Assembly (NCBI GenBank): GCA_043228905.1
Contig: JBHGNT010000022.1
Location: 11,408,001 to 11,472,000, forward strand
Length of the DNA: 64,000 nucleotides
DNA from: Azolla caroliniana
Lineage: Eukaryota; Plantae; Polypodiophyta
Direction: 5' to 3'
The first letter of the stretch is position 1. The number at the start of each line of letters is the position of its first letter. This document shows positions 1-10,800 of this stretch, piece by piece. The notes under the pieces are model-generated. The model worked only from the letters and a program-made list of their open reading frames with translations. It was not told the origin of the DNA and did no database searches. Both the position numbers and the translations under genes were made by a program.

Positions 1-314
1 ACTCCACATCCGGTTTCGGCCGAGGCTGAGTTTGCTCATCAACAATATTCTTCTCACTTCCCATCCGGAGGGACTTGTTTCCTAATAGATGGGGAACCTG
101 CAATAGAAGATGCCACGATTCTGGAGCATGGCAGTTGATGATGCAATTGTTGATTCTCAACAAAACCGCAAGGAGACACCACACAAAAACGACATGAAAG
201 AAAATGTCAATGATACAGGTGAGACATTGATTAGTGATATGCTGAAAAATGTTCATGAAGCCTGTGAGCATAGTATGAAGCATACGCACCATTTATGTTC
301 GCGAATGCAAACCG

Positions 315-545
315 TGTAGCGAATAGTGGCAGCAATCGAGGAGCGAACTATGTGCAACAATCGAGGAGCGAACAATGGCAACAACTTAGCGTACAATGGC
401 CACAATGGAGGAGCTAACTCAGTCAGAGCGAACAATGCCAACAATCCAGGACTGAACAATGGTGGCAACTAATCGTACAATGGCGGAAATGGAGGAGTGA
501 ACTTAGTCGGAGTGAATAGTGGCAACAATTGAGCCTGAATAGTCA
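315..545 (+). repeat. Degenerate low-complexity tandem repeat (AACAATGGC-rich, ~85-bp period)
   Basis: CGTACAATGGC..AATGGAGGAG..AACT.AGTC.GAG occurs at ~390 and ~474. Confidence 0.5.
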
Positions 546-621
546 CAAAGTGATGGCCAATGTGATGTGGCAATGGACCATGCATAATGGACCTAAGAAT
601 TTGGTATATAATTAATGTTTT

Positions 622-747
622 CATTTATGGTGCTCATTTATATAATTAAAACATTCTAATGTTTCCAATTATGGTGCATGCTTATGTTGCACATTTATGG
701 TGCTCATTTATATAATTAAAACATTCTAATGTTTCCATTCATGGTGC
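622..747. repeat. AT-rich tandem duplication (~70-bp period)
   Basis: CATTTATGGTGCTCATTTATATAATTAAAACATTCTAATGTTTCCA occurs twice. Confidence 0.8.
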
Positions 748-929
748 AAAAAGACTAAATCATTGGTAGCTTTTTGCATAGCTAATTAGCTATGTCAAGG
801 ACACAAGTAATTGTTCGCACACTCCCACGCTTTCACCCTAGACTAGTATTGAAATGCACAGACATTTTCTCAACATAATTTTTACATTTTCCTGGATGAT
901 TTTACCAAGCTAAATTGTGATGCCTCAAT

Positions 930-2072
930 TGTGAGAGTGGGATTTGAACCCACACCCTTTTTGACGAGAACCTTAATCTAGTGCCTTAGACAAACTTGGC
1001 CACCTCATCTATATTCATAGATTTTCCTATCAATTTTATTCTACACTCCATCGCATGCTTAGTATATACTAACCTTTGCAACTCATTTGGCTTCTTGATT
1101 AGCTGCTTGACTCAATCGGGTTGCGGGTGAGGGTTTTGGTTGATAGAATATCAAGAAGCTAGAGAATGACTACCACATCGCGAACACGCAAGACTTTTTA
1201 TTCATTCGTGACACGGTTTAGAAAGAATAAAGAAGAGCAAGATTGTTTTGGATAACCCTTTCACCCTACGTTCTATTTTTAGCTTATCGCTGGAATCGAA
1301 TCCACATCATTAGCTTGGAACGCCAAGAAAGAAATGTGTAGTTCTTTCCAACATGAAGTCTTCACATGTTCCTAAGTAAATGCTTTTACGCTAAATTGTG
1401 ATGCCTCCATGATGAGAATGGGATTTGAATCCATGCCCTTTTGTACTAGAACCTTGATCTAGCACCTTAGCCCAACACGACCACCTCATCAACCCACAAA
1501 TGAACGATATTAGACTTCCATCTTGGCCCTATATATACATAACAATAAAAAGTCTTAGCTTATGTGTAGGCCAAGAAAGAAATGTGTAGTTTTGGTCTTG
1601 ACATGTTCCTAAGTTGATGATTTCATGCAATGATGAGAGTGGATTTGAACCCACATGTTTTAGTCTTCACATATTCCTAAATTGATGATTTTACGCAATG
1701 ATGAGACTGGGATTTGCACCCATGCCCTTTTGGACTAGAACCTTAATCTAGCGCCTTAGACCAACTCGGTCACCTCATCAACCCTCATTGGAATGATATT
1801 AGAGATTTCTCCACAAAATATTTGCATGTTTATGGATGATTTTACCCTAGATTGTGATGCCTCGATGATGAGAGACGGATTTGAACCCATGCCTTTCCGG
1901 ACAAGAACCTTAAAATAGCGCCTTAGACCAACTCGTCCACCTCATCAACCCTCAAGTGAATAATATTAGGCGTTTCTCAACAAAATCTTTGCATGATCAT
2001 GGATGATTTTACCCTAGACTGTGATACCTCCATGATGACGGTGGGATTTGAACCCACGCCCTTTCGGACTAG
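930..2072 (-). repeat. Left part of tandem tRNA-Leu(AAG)-derived array (about 5-6 degenerate copies at ~930, 1410, 1631 partial, 1699, 1866, 2033 split)
   Basis: Repeated unit whose reverse complement approximates GATGAGGTGGCCGAGTTGGTCTAAGGCGCTAGATTAAGGTTCTAGTCCGAAAGGGCGTGGGTTCAAATCCCACTCTCATCA, with shared spacer sequence; copies here carry many substitutions. Confidence 0.93.
1281..1325 (-). pseudogene. Degenerate tRNA-Gly(UCC) 3' half, organelle/bacterial type
   Basis: Minus strand reads TGGCGTTCCAAGCTAATGATGTGGATTCGATTCCAGCGA, resembling from memory the anticodon-to-T-arm part of plastid trnG-UCC (CCTTCCAAGCTAACGATGCGGGTTCGATTCCCGCT). Confidence 0.5.
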
Positions 2073-2558
2073 TGTTAACTGTTTCTGGGGAAACACCTTC
2101 GATGAGCCCACAACTATCGGTGTCAAGGGATCGTGTTACGTGGAAGCCTCTTCTACACGGGCGAAAAGAAAGGAGAACGAGGAGCATACATGAGCTACAA
2201 CCTGTTAGGCATAAACGAAGCTCGATTTACGAGTACGGGGAGAATACACAGATAGAAGATTAGAAAAACGAAACTTATATTAAATGATAAAGCTCACAGT
2301 GATTACAGTACTCGGCTCTCAGCCAGAAACAGTTCGTACAGAGCTTGCTGCTAGGATATTACTCTCGCTAAGAATGATCTAGATAATCCCCCCTTGAGCT
2401 ATGCATAACTCGGGTTATATAGTTTTCCTTTTGAGATAGAGCCGAGCCATCGACTGATTGTGAGGGCTAAAACACGGCTATCTATTTCCTCACCTACTCT
2501 TCTACCTAACGGCGGCGAGTTTACATAATGTACTTATATTTTTGGCCTATGGACAACA
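2073..2558 (-). repeat. 3' LTR of element A
   Basis: TGTTAAC...GGACAACA; direct repeat of 51872-52355. Confidence 0.95.
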
Positions 2559-2560
2559 CC

Positions 2561-2599
2561 TGGCACACCCTGGGACAGGACTTTGTCCGTCGGACCCAC
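2561..2599 (-). other. tRNA-Arg-like T-arm/acceptor/CCA motif at the PPT position of element A
   Basis: Sense strand GTGGGTCCGA-CGGACAAAGTCCT-GTCCCAGGGTGTGCCA ends 2 nt before the 3' LTR; homologous to 23030-23069. Confidence 0.8.
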
Positions 2600-2684
2600 A
2601 GTTCACAATGTGGAGGGGTAACCATGGATTTGGCAAAACAAATTACAAAAATTGCCTGTTTATAGAAGGGCTGATAGGTTTGTT

Positions 2685-4171
2685 TTACTCCTCTTCTAAT
2701 ATGCCGAGGATATCCCCGGGAGCGCGGGGTTGGTCTGGCTGCTCGGAAGGTGGGGTTGGTGATGGAGGTTTTGTTGCCGAATCGGGGATGGCTGTGTCGT
2801 CTTGTGCGCTGTCCTCTGTTGGTACCGATTCAGGCAGGGTCGTGGTTGTAGTTTGTGACTCGGGTGGAATGTGGGGGTTTGTATGGGTAGGTTCCTCCAG
2901 TCTAGCGTCCGTGGTGGGCGACTCGGGTCCCTGCTCCTTGGTCATGGGAGCTTTGTTAGTCCCGGTAGCTAAGCGTTCCTCCTCATAAGCTTCGGCTTCT
3001 AAGTGAAACATCATTAGATCGTCAATGAATTCCTCTAAAAGTTGCTCGATGGCCGCGGTGTGGGATGCTGTTAAGGTATGATATTCCTCAATCAAGTCTT
3101 CACGGAGGGTTTGGATGCTGGTGTCATCCATTTTGTAAAACCCTTGGCCCTCCTTCCGTCGGTTCTCGGCGTCTGCGCGTAGTATGTGTAGTTCCGCGGC
3201 TTGGGTTGACCACTCCAGCCAGACACGGTCAATCGTTTCCTCGATCTTCTTGGTGAATTGCTGGTGATACTTGTTGATTAGGATCTTGATTTTAGTATCA
3301 TCCATGCCGATGGTAGCTCGGTGAACCTCCACTTCTTCCCTTGCGGCCTTGGCTTCTTCTTGGCTTTTGCGGACGAGGAGCGCTAAAGTAGCTTGATTAT
3401 CTTTTGCTTTTTCGGTGATGAGCGCGATTGTCTGCTCATAACGTTTGGTGAGCTGAGCTACAGTTTTGTCCATGTCCTATCTCCAAGTGTCCCGATGTTG
3501 TTCTCTGGTGGTGATGTGCTCTGTTTTGCAACTGGTGATACACATCGGAAATTTTTGCTTTTTGCTCTTCCAAGATCCTCCATTTCTGCATGTTTTCATT
3601 TGCCAATTCTTGTACTACCCTTTGGTGACGTCGTAATTCCTGGTTGTCTGCGAAGAGCTCGCGTTCCCGTTGGCTATTATGCTCTGCTTCATTGATGAAA
3701 CGTTCTTTGGCCTCGGTGATAGAGACCTGAAGGGTCATCACCTCTCTTTCTCATTCTTGGAGTGAGGCCGACCTTTCAGCAAGCAGTCGCTTGAGGTCAG
3801 CTTCGCTGCCCGCGACTTGTTCCCGTAGCTGACCAAGAATGTTGGTGTGGTTCTGTTCTGCCAACTTGGCTAGAGCGATCTGGGCCTTAAGCTCCTCCTG
3901 GTAATCTCGAAGGGGAGGCCCTGTCTGGGTTGCCGCTTGCTAGATTCGAGGAGGGGTTTCCCTGTCCGTCTGTGTCGATCGTGCCATGACGACAGGTGGT
4001 TGTGGCGTTTGCGTGGAGGCGTGGCTGGTTTGGGTGTGCGGTCTTATCTCTGCCTATGATGAAGGCTTGCTTGTTTGTACCAAATCCGTCATTGTGCTGG
4101 CATCGACCGTGGCTACCCTAGGGTGAGTTGTATCGTCTTTGTGTGCTTCGGTACCCACAACACTCAGGCTT
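2685..4171 (-). pseudogene. C-terminal half of element A extra 3' ORF (predicted coiled-coil-rich, unknown function), with stops/frameshifts
   Basis: ORFs 2685-3473 and 3436-3741 are E/K/Q/L rich; segment WLEWSTQAAELHILRADAENR and terminus DILGILEEE match element B's extra ORF. Confidence 0.75.
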
Positions 4172-4946
4172 TGTTATTGCTAGGACCGGACGACAGCCTA
4201 ACACAGGGTGTCCACTTAAGACACGTTGTCGAGGTATTCCTCGCGGATGCATGGAATGAGGTGGAACCTCGGGGGTCCTGTACCAAAGAGCAAGAGAGGA
4301 GGGGAAGAATCCCTCTACGTGCGAGCGTAGATCCACAGGGACACGGCCCTTCGACGCAAAGACGCAAGTGGGACAGCGACACAGAAAGACACGAATGTAT
4401 GTATGTATTGACAAAGACAAACAACAAGAACACGAAGACAACAAAACACGAAGTCGGTTACAACCGAACAGGCCGGCGAACAGATGCCGATACCTGCTCG
4501 TAAACGCACAGAGAGGAAGGAGTAGGTTGGAGGTGCTGCCGGAAGCACTCGGGCATTCCTCAGAGCAGCGCGAGCCTCCCGAAACCTGCACAGAAGGAAG
4601 CTATGGCGTTTGCAAACCAGAGAGAGAGAGAGAGAAGCCTTCGCACGCAAACCGACAGCACTTCGTCCTCGACTCTCCGCGACTCTCCGCGATGCTTCGC
4701 CCCTCCTCATCTCCCTCCTTTTATAGGCAAGGAAGGAGCCGTTTCCCCTTTACTTCCTACCTACCGAATCTTCCTAGGATCTCCTATGTACAACATAAGG
4801 CTCCCGTGCATGAAGAGTCGGTTTCTACGCTCCGGTGCACCGATTCCGCTTGTGGATGGTTTTCTTCACGACATCCGCCCCCACCTAACCGCGCATCCAC
4901 CGGCATGCGCCAAATCGTGTTGGGACGGAGAAAACCAGTCCAGCCT

Positions 4947-7880
4947 TCATTCTCCGCCTGTCGGTTCTTCCTCGGTTTCGGATCGCTCGTCGTCGCGGTC
5001 CAAGTCAACCGGATCTGGCTCGTCGTCGTGACGCTTCTTGAACGCTTTGATCCGCTTCCCAGCTACCGGTATCGCCATTCTCGTACCGTCGAGTTCCGCC
5101 AAATGGTACGTCCCATTGTCGTTGGCGCTTTGTACCACGTAAGGCCCGAACCACCTTCTTGCGAACTTCCGTGTCGCTCGGTGCTGGTTGTCGAGGCTGC
5201 TGTCGTAGACTAGCACCCAGTCGCCTTCCTCGATCCTCTTCGGTCGGAGCCGGTGCGTTCGGTCGAACCGGGCTTTGTTCCTCGTCCTTGCCACTCGAAG
5301 CTTTCCCACGGCCTGCTCCACGTCCTCCGGTCTTCGCTCGAGCTGTCGTATGCGCGCCGCCAACAGTTCCTCCCGGCTCATTTTGTCTCTCCAGTCCACG
5401 GTTGCCCATGAGGAGATCGTACGTTCCATCGGCATGATCGGCTTCTGCCCAAACATGAGCTCTACCGGCATGAATCCGGTTACCGAACTGTGCGTAGTTC
5501 GGTCCGCCCACAACGCGTAAGGCAACAGCCGCGGCCAGTTCCCGACTTGACCTCCGCATGCCCGAACCAACGCCTTGACGATCGGTCCGTGTCCGCGCTC
5601 CACCTTCCCATTCGCCTCCGGATTGTATGCAGTGATAAGCGAGAGCTTGACTCCTAGCCAGTCGAACAGCTCCTCGGCCTCTTCGGCGTCCAACTCCCCG
5701 CGATCAGCCACGATCTTCCCGACGCACCCGTACCGGCATATCACGTCCTCTATCAGGAACCGACACACGGCCGCGGTCGATTTGTTCTGAAGGGCTCGGC
5801 CTTCTACCTGGTTCGTCAGATCTTCCCGAGCTAGGACCAGATACCGCATTTGTCCTACTCCCATCGGCATCGTCACCAGATCTACCATCCATTTGAAGTG
5901 GATGGTCGGAGGGTACGTAGGGTGAAGCTCGTTCCGATGTCGGACTATGGAGTGCATCTGACAACTCTCGCAAGTTGTCACGAACCGATGCACGTCCCGG
6001 TACAGTACTGGCCACCAGTACTTCCCCTTTATCTTCTCGAACGTGGCCCACGTTCCACGGTGTCCAGCCCAAGGGTTGTCGTGGTAGGCCGTCAGCAGCT
6101 CCTCCTGTTCTTCCTTGATCGCCACCACCCGGAGCGGGACGCCGTTCCTCTTCTTCGGGTTCTTCCATAAGTATCCATCCTGGAGAAAGAATCGGTATGC
6201 TTTCTTCCGGATCCGGTTGGCCTCGTCCTTCGTCCATGACGCATCCGGCGTCATTGTCCTCAAAAATCCACCGATCTGTAGCCACTCACCGTCGTACTTG
6301 CTCTCGTCGAAGCCGTTAAGTGCCGGAGTGCTCGCCCCGTCGGTCGTCACGTACGCCGCCTCGAAGAAGTCCACGCCGACTTCTTCGTCCTCCGAAACCA
6401 TGCCGCCCTCGTCATCAAACCTCGCCCTCGAAAGCATGTCAGCCATGGCGTTGTCTTTTCCGGAAATGTGTCGTATTTCCGGGTCCAAGGACTTGACGTA
6501 CGCTATCCACCTGAGCATCGCCAGGTCCGGTGTCGCGCATCCGGAAACCATGCCGAGAATCGGCAGGCAATCCGTCTCGATAACCACTTCTGTCCCGATC
6601 AAGTAGTCTTTGTCGGCCTTTACTGCCGAAATGATACCCCAGAGTTCGCGTTTAACCTGGGCGTACCCTCGCTGTCGTTCACTGAGAACCTTCGCGCCGA
6701 ATCGGATCGGGAACCGAATGCCGTCCTCGTCTTCTTGGTTGACGACCCACCCGATCCCGGCCGGACTCGTATCCACTGTTATGTATACTGGGGTACCTTT
6801 CTCGTAGACAACCTTCCGGAGCGCCGATGCTGCCACAAGAGCTTCCTTCAGCTTCCGGACCGACTCCGTGTGCTCGTCTCGCCACTCGAATTTTCGCCCT
6901 TTCTTTAGCAACCCGTATAGCGGCTCCGCCACGTGGGCGTAATGCGGGATCCATATGTGGTAGAACGCGCATGCCCCCAGGAACCTCCGAACTTCCGTCA
7001 CCGAGCTACAATCGGTCTTCATCGCGGAGATGGCTTCTACCTTTGCCGGAGACGGCTTCCGGCCATAGGGTCCACATAGGTGTCCGACCACCAGGATTTC
7101 CGATTGCCCGAAGGCCGATTTCTCCCCGGAGAAGGTGAGCCTCACATCCTCTAGCCTTTGTAGCACCTTCTCGCAGTCGTCGATGTGTGTCGCCACGAAT
7201 CGCCGGCATCCGTCCGGCCCGACTGTCTCGTCCTTCTCTTCCACCGGGCACCCTTTGATAGGGATGTCGTCTAGAAACGGCATGGTGATGTCCGGGATGC
7301 AATCCCTCAGTACCTTGTTCATTGCATTCACCATGTGGGCCACCGAGTTGGTCCCTCCTTGTGGCAGGGTACACATTCGCACTAGGCCGAGGGGAGTTCG
7401 CATCGTCGTAATGTCTCTGCTCTCCACGGCTAGCTGGAACTGGTCGTACCCCGAGTACAGATCACCGACCGAGTAAATCGACCTTCCGGCGAAGGCCTCC
7501 ACGAACTCGTCTATGGTCGGTCCGATTCCTGCGTTCCGAATGGTCACTCTATTGACCGGTTGCAGGTCTTGAATGAAGCGCAACGTTCCGTTTTTCTTCG
7601 GTACGGTAAACCATCGGTTCGAGTATGGGGCACTCGACGGTTCGAGAATGCCCATATCTACTTTCTGCCTCAATAGCTCCATCAACTTCGGGATGTGAGC
7701 TCTCGGTACCGGAATCGGCTTGAGATTCCACGGCACATGCGGTACCGTGAATATCACCATCGGCTCCACGATCGTCGGGTCTATGCACCCGATCTCTTCC
7801 GGTGAGAATGCGAAGGCTTTCCCGTGCCTTCCGAGCATCCTCCGAAACCGGTCTTCCTCCGCCGGCAGAAGGAACCCGCC
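4947..7880 (-). CDS. pol: Element C pol (RT-RNase H-integrase); N-terminal part at 13228-13795 is separated by element E
   Basis: RT motifs DLYSGYDQ, PQGGTNS, FLDD; RNase H TVDTS and ETDC; integrase HHCC, DLV/DRG/E and GPY; no chromodomain seen. Confidence 0.95.
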   Translation of the reverse strand, partial: GGFLLPAEEDRFRRMLGRHGKAFAFSPEEIGCIDPTIVEPMVIFTVPHVPWNLKPIPVPRAHIPKLMELLRQKVDMGILEPSSAPYSNRWFTVPKKNGTLRFIQDLQPVNRVTIRNAGIGPTIDEFVEAFAGRSIYSVGDLYSGYDQFQLAVESRDITTMRTPLGLVRMCTLPQGGTNSVAHMVNAMNKVLRDCIPDITMPFLDDIPIKGCPVEEKDETVGPDGCRRFVATHIDDCEKVLQRLEDVRLTFSGEKSAFGQSEILVVGHLCGPYGRKPSPAKVEAISAMKTDCSSVTEVRRFLGACAFYHIWIPHYAHVAEPLYGLLKKGRKFEWRDEHTESVRKLKEALVAASALRKVVYEKGTPVYITVDTSPAGIGWVVNQEDEDGIRFPIRFGAKVLSERQRGYAQVKRELWGIISAVKADKDYLIGTEVVIETDCLPILGMVSGCATPDLAMLRWIAYVKSLDPEIRHISGKDNAMADMLSRARFDDEGGMVSEDEEVGVDFFEAAYVTTDGASTPALNGFDESKYDGEWLQIGGFLRTMTPDASWTKDEANRIRKKAYRFFLQDGYLWKNPKKRNGVPLRVVAIKEEQEELLTAYHDNPWAGHRGTWATFEKIKGKYWWPVLYRDVHRFVTTCESCQMHSIVRHRNELHPTYPPTIHFKWMVDLVTMPMGVGQMRYLVLAREDLTNQVEGRALQNKSTAAVCRFLIEDVICRYGCVGKIVADRGELDAEEAEELFDWLGVKLSLITAYNPEANGKVERGHGPIVKALVRACGGQVGNWPRLLPYALWADRTTHSSVTGFMPVELMFGQKPIMPMERTISSWATVDWRDKMSREELLAARIRQLERRPEDVEQAVGKLRVARTRNKARFDRTHRLRPKRIEEGDWVLVYDSSLDNQHRATRKFARRWFGPYVVQSANDNGTYHLAELDGTRMAIPVAGKRIKAFKKRHDDEPDPVDLDRDDERSETEEEPTGGE

Positions 7881-10800
7881 TGTTGGAAGCAATGTCGTCT
7901 GTGCGGAAGATCAAGAAGCACTCGATTCCTGTTTATTCCCTGTGAATGACAGAATGTAGGTCGTTGCACAGAGAGAGAGAGAGAGAGAGGCACAAAAAAG
8001 TCTTTCTATTGCATAAACTAGAATACAACAACCAACCTCACAAAGAGGTTACAAGGTCACTATATATAGTGACCAACTTAGGGCAACTACCCTTTATGCT
8101 AATTACATAAATGGCCAAAACGGGATAGTGTGAATACGTCCATTATACACATGTATTCGACACTCCCCCGTAATGGGCGTATACATGGGTTATCTAAGAT
8201 TACAGGTATAGACTTAGGTTCTCGGACATATCAGCTTTGTTCGAGTCGGCAGGGTCCGAAGGCAGAAGACCGAACTGGTCGGGTCGGAACAGTTGAAGCC
8301 GATCATTAAGGAACTGATGTCGGTTGTCGGGAACCATCCTGCTCTGTGTCCGGCTCTAACCGGACTGGTTTGTCGTTACGCCCATCTGATGCCGAAGAGA
8401 CCGAAAACGGTCTGCCGAAAGACACTTGGTCATTCCATCTGCGACATTGTCGGTTGTGGATATTTTCTCTAGACCGATTTTCCCTGAGATGACGCAGTCC
8501 CGAACGAAGTGATATCGAACGTCGATATGCTTGGAGGCGTTGTGGTGAACCGGATTTTTCGACAAGGCAACAGCACCTTGACTGTCGCTGTAGACAACTG
8601 GAGCCGAGTCATGGTCGACTTGTCGAAACGTGTGCGCCAGCCGACCAAGCCATAAGGCTTCTTTTGCTGCGTCGGACGCAGCTACATATTCTGCTTCGGT
8701 CGTTGAGGTCGCTGTGCATTCCTGAAGTTTCGACTTCCACGAGATTGCTCCATTGCCGAATTTGAAGCAGTATCCGGTTGTTGATTTCCGACTGTCTATA
8801 CAGCCGGCGAAGTCCGAGTCGGTGTAACCGACTACGCCTGAGGTTCGGTTCGAACCGAAAAGAATGCCGTGATCTTTTGTGCCAGCCAGATATCTGAACA
8901 CATGCTTGACTGCGTTCCAATGCGATCGGCCAGGATTGTGCATAAATCTGCTGACGACTCCTACGGCGTGAGAAATATCAGGCCGTGTCGCGACCATCAG
9001 GTACATAAGGGAGCCGACTGCCGGTGCATACGGTACCGACTTCATATCTTCCCCCTCCGGACCGGATGTCGGGCAGTCTCGCTGAGAGAGCCGAAGATTC
9101 ATGGGGAGCGGGGTTGAAGCAGATTTGGCTGATTGCATGTTGAAGCGTTCCAAGACACGTCCGATGTAGTCGGTCTAAGACAAAAAAAGATGTCGTTGAT
9201 CGCGATGCCGACTAATCTTCATGCCGAGTATGTGTCGTGCCGGACCGAGGTCCTTCATGGCAAACTTCAACCGCAGTTGCCGAACGAGATCGGCAAGTTC
9301 GCCCGAGTGGCGTCCAGAAATTAGCATGTCGTCCACGTAAATGATGAGGAAGATGGGTGATCCATCTTGAGCTGTGTTGGTAAAGAGACAATGGTCCTCA
9401 TCGCTTTTTGAGAAGCCGATCGATTGGATGAAGTCGTCGAACTTCTTGTACCATTGTCGCGGTGCCTGTTTGAGGCCGTATAGACTCTTCCTGAGTCGGC
9501 AGACTAGATGTTCTTGGCCAGGTGCCACGAAGCCTTTTGGCTGCTCCATATAAATTTCCTCCTCGAGATCACCATGGAGGAAGGCTGTTTTGACATCTAG
9601 CTGAATCAGCTCCAGGTTGTCGGCTGCCACGACGCCGAGCAGAAAACGAAGGGTTGTCATTTTCACCACTGGTGAAAAAATCTCGTCGAAGTCGACGCCA
9701 TATTCTTGTCGGAAGCCCTTCGCAACCAATCTGGCCTTGTACTTTGGGGTGGTCGAATCAGACGTCTCTTTTAGTCGATAGACCCACTTGCAAGGAAGAG
9801 CACGTCGGTTCCTCGGTAATTCGACCAAATCCCAAGTCTTGTTTGCCCGAATGGAGTGCATTTCCGACTCCATCGCCAGATGCCAGGTGGCCGAATCGAC
9901 AGATGTCGATGCTTCTTCGTAAGACGTCGGTTCGCCGGCGTCGGTGAAGAAAATTCCAGGAGAATACCTCTCCGGAGGTTGCGACAGTCTCTCGGATCGT
10001 CGAGGTATGATTGGACTGGTCGCATCAGGTATCGAGGTCGGATGGTCCGAAACCGAAACATTCGGCTGTGCCGAGTCAGAGTTGTCCGAGTCGGTAGTAT
10101 AAGGTTCAGCTACCCGTGAAGCTGACCGTGTGTTGAGAGCGGGGCCTTCTTGAAGGGTCGGCACATCGGAGAATGTTACCCTTCGGACTTCGATCGGTTT
10201 TTCGACTGATGGATTCATAGCCGACTCGTTGAACACAACGTCCGAACTTCGAACGATTTGTCTGTGTTCGGGGTCCCAGAGTCGGTATCCCATTTCGCCG
10301 TCTGATCCATATCCAAGGAAAATGCATTTCCTGGACCGAGGTGCAAGTTTTCGGCGATCATCTTTCGGAATGAGGGCGTACGCCTCGCATCCGAAGATCC
10401 TCAGCTTGTCGTAATTCGGCTTGCTGCCGATCCATAGTTCCTGAGGAATTTGAAGTCCTAGAGGTCTACTTGGCGACATATTGATTATGTGTACTGCCGT
10501 GAGTAGAGCCTCTGCCCAGAAGCCATCCGACAGTCCGGAGTGTTGGAGCATGGAAACTATCCGTTCTTGGATTGTCCGATTCATTCGCTCTGCAATCCCG
10601 TTTTGCTCCGGACTGTGTGGTGCCGTAAATTCACGTCGGATGCCGCGTTGTCGGCAGAATTTGACGAATTCTTCTGATTTGAACTCTCCCCCATTGTCGG
10701 TCCGAAGGCATTTCAGCTTTCGGTCGGTTTGATTTTCCACCATAGCGAGCCAATCGGTGAAGATCGAGAAGACCCGATCTTTGGTGCGAATTGGATAAGC

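Noticed and set aside
1-320. Possible end of a gene or transposon ORF (110-319)
   Set aside because: Short, no recognisable motif, and upstream context lies outside the window.
2559-2600. Elements A and B being plus-strand elements with an ordinary PBS after the left LTR
   Set aside because: gag-pol and the extra ORF run on the minus strand, and A has a separate PBS upstream of gag beside the right LTR.
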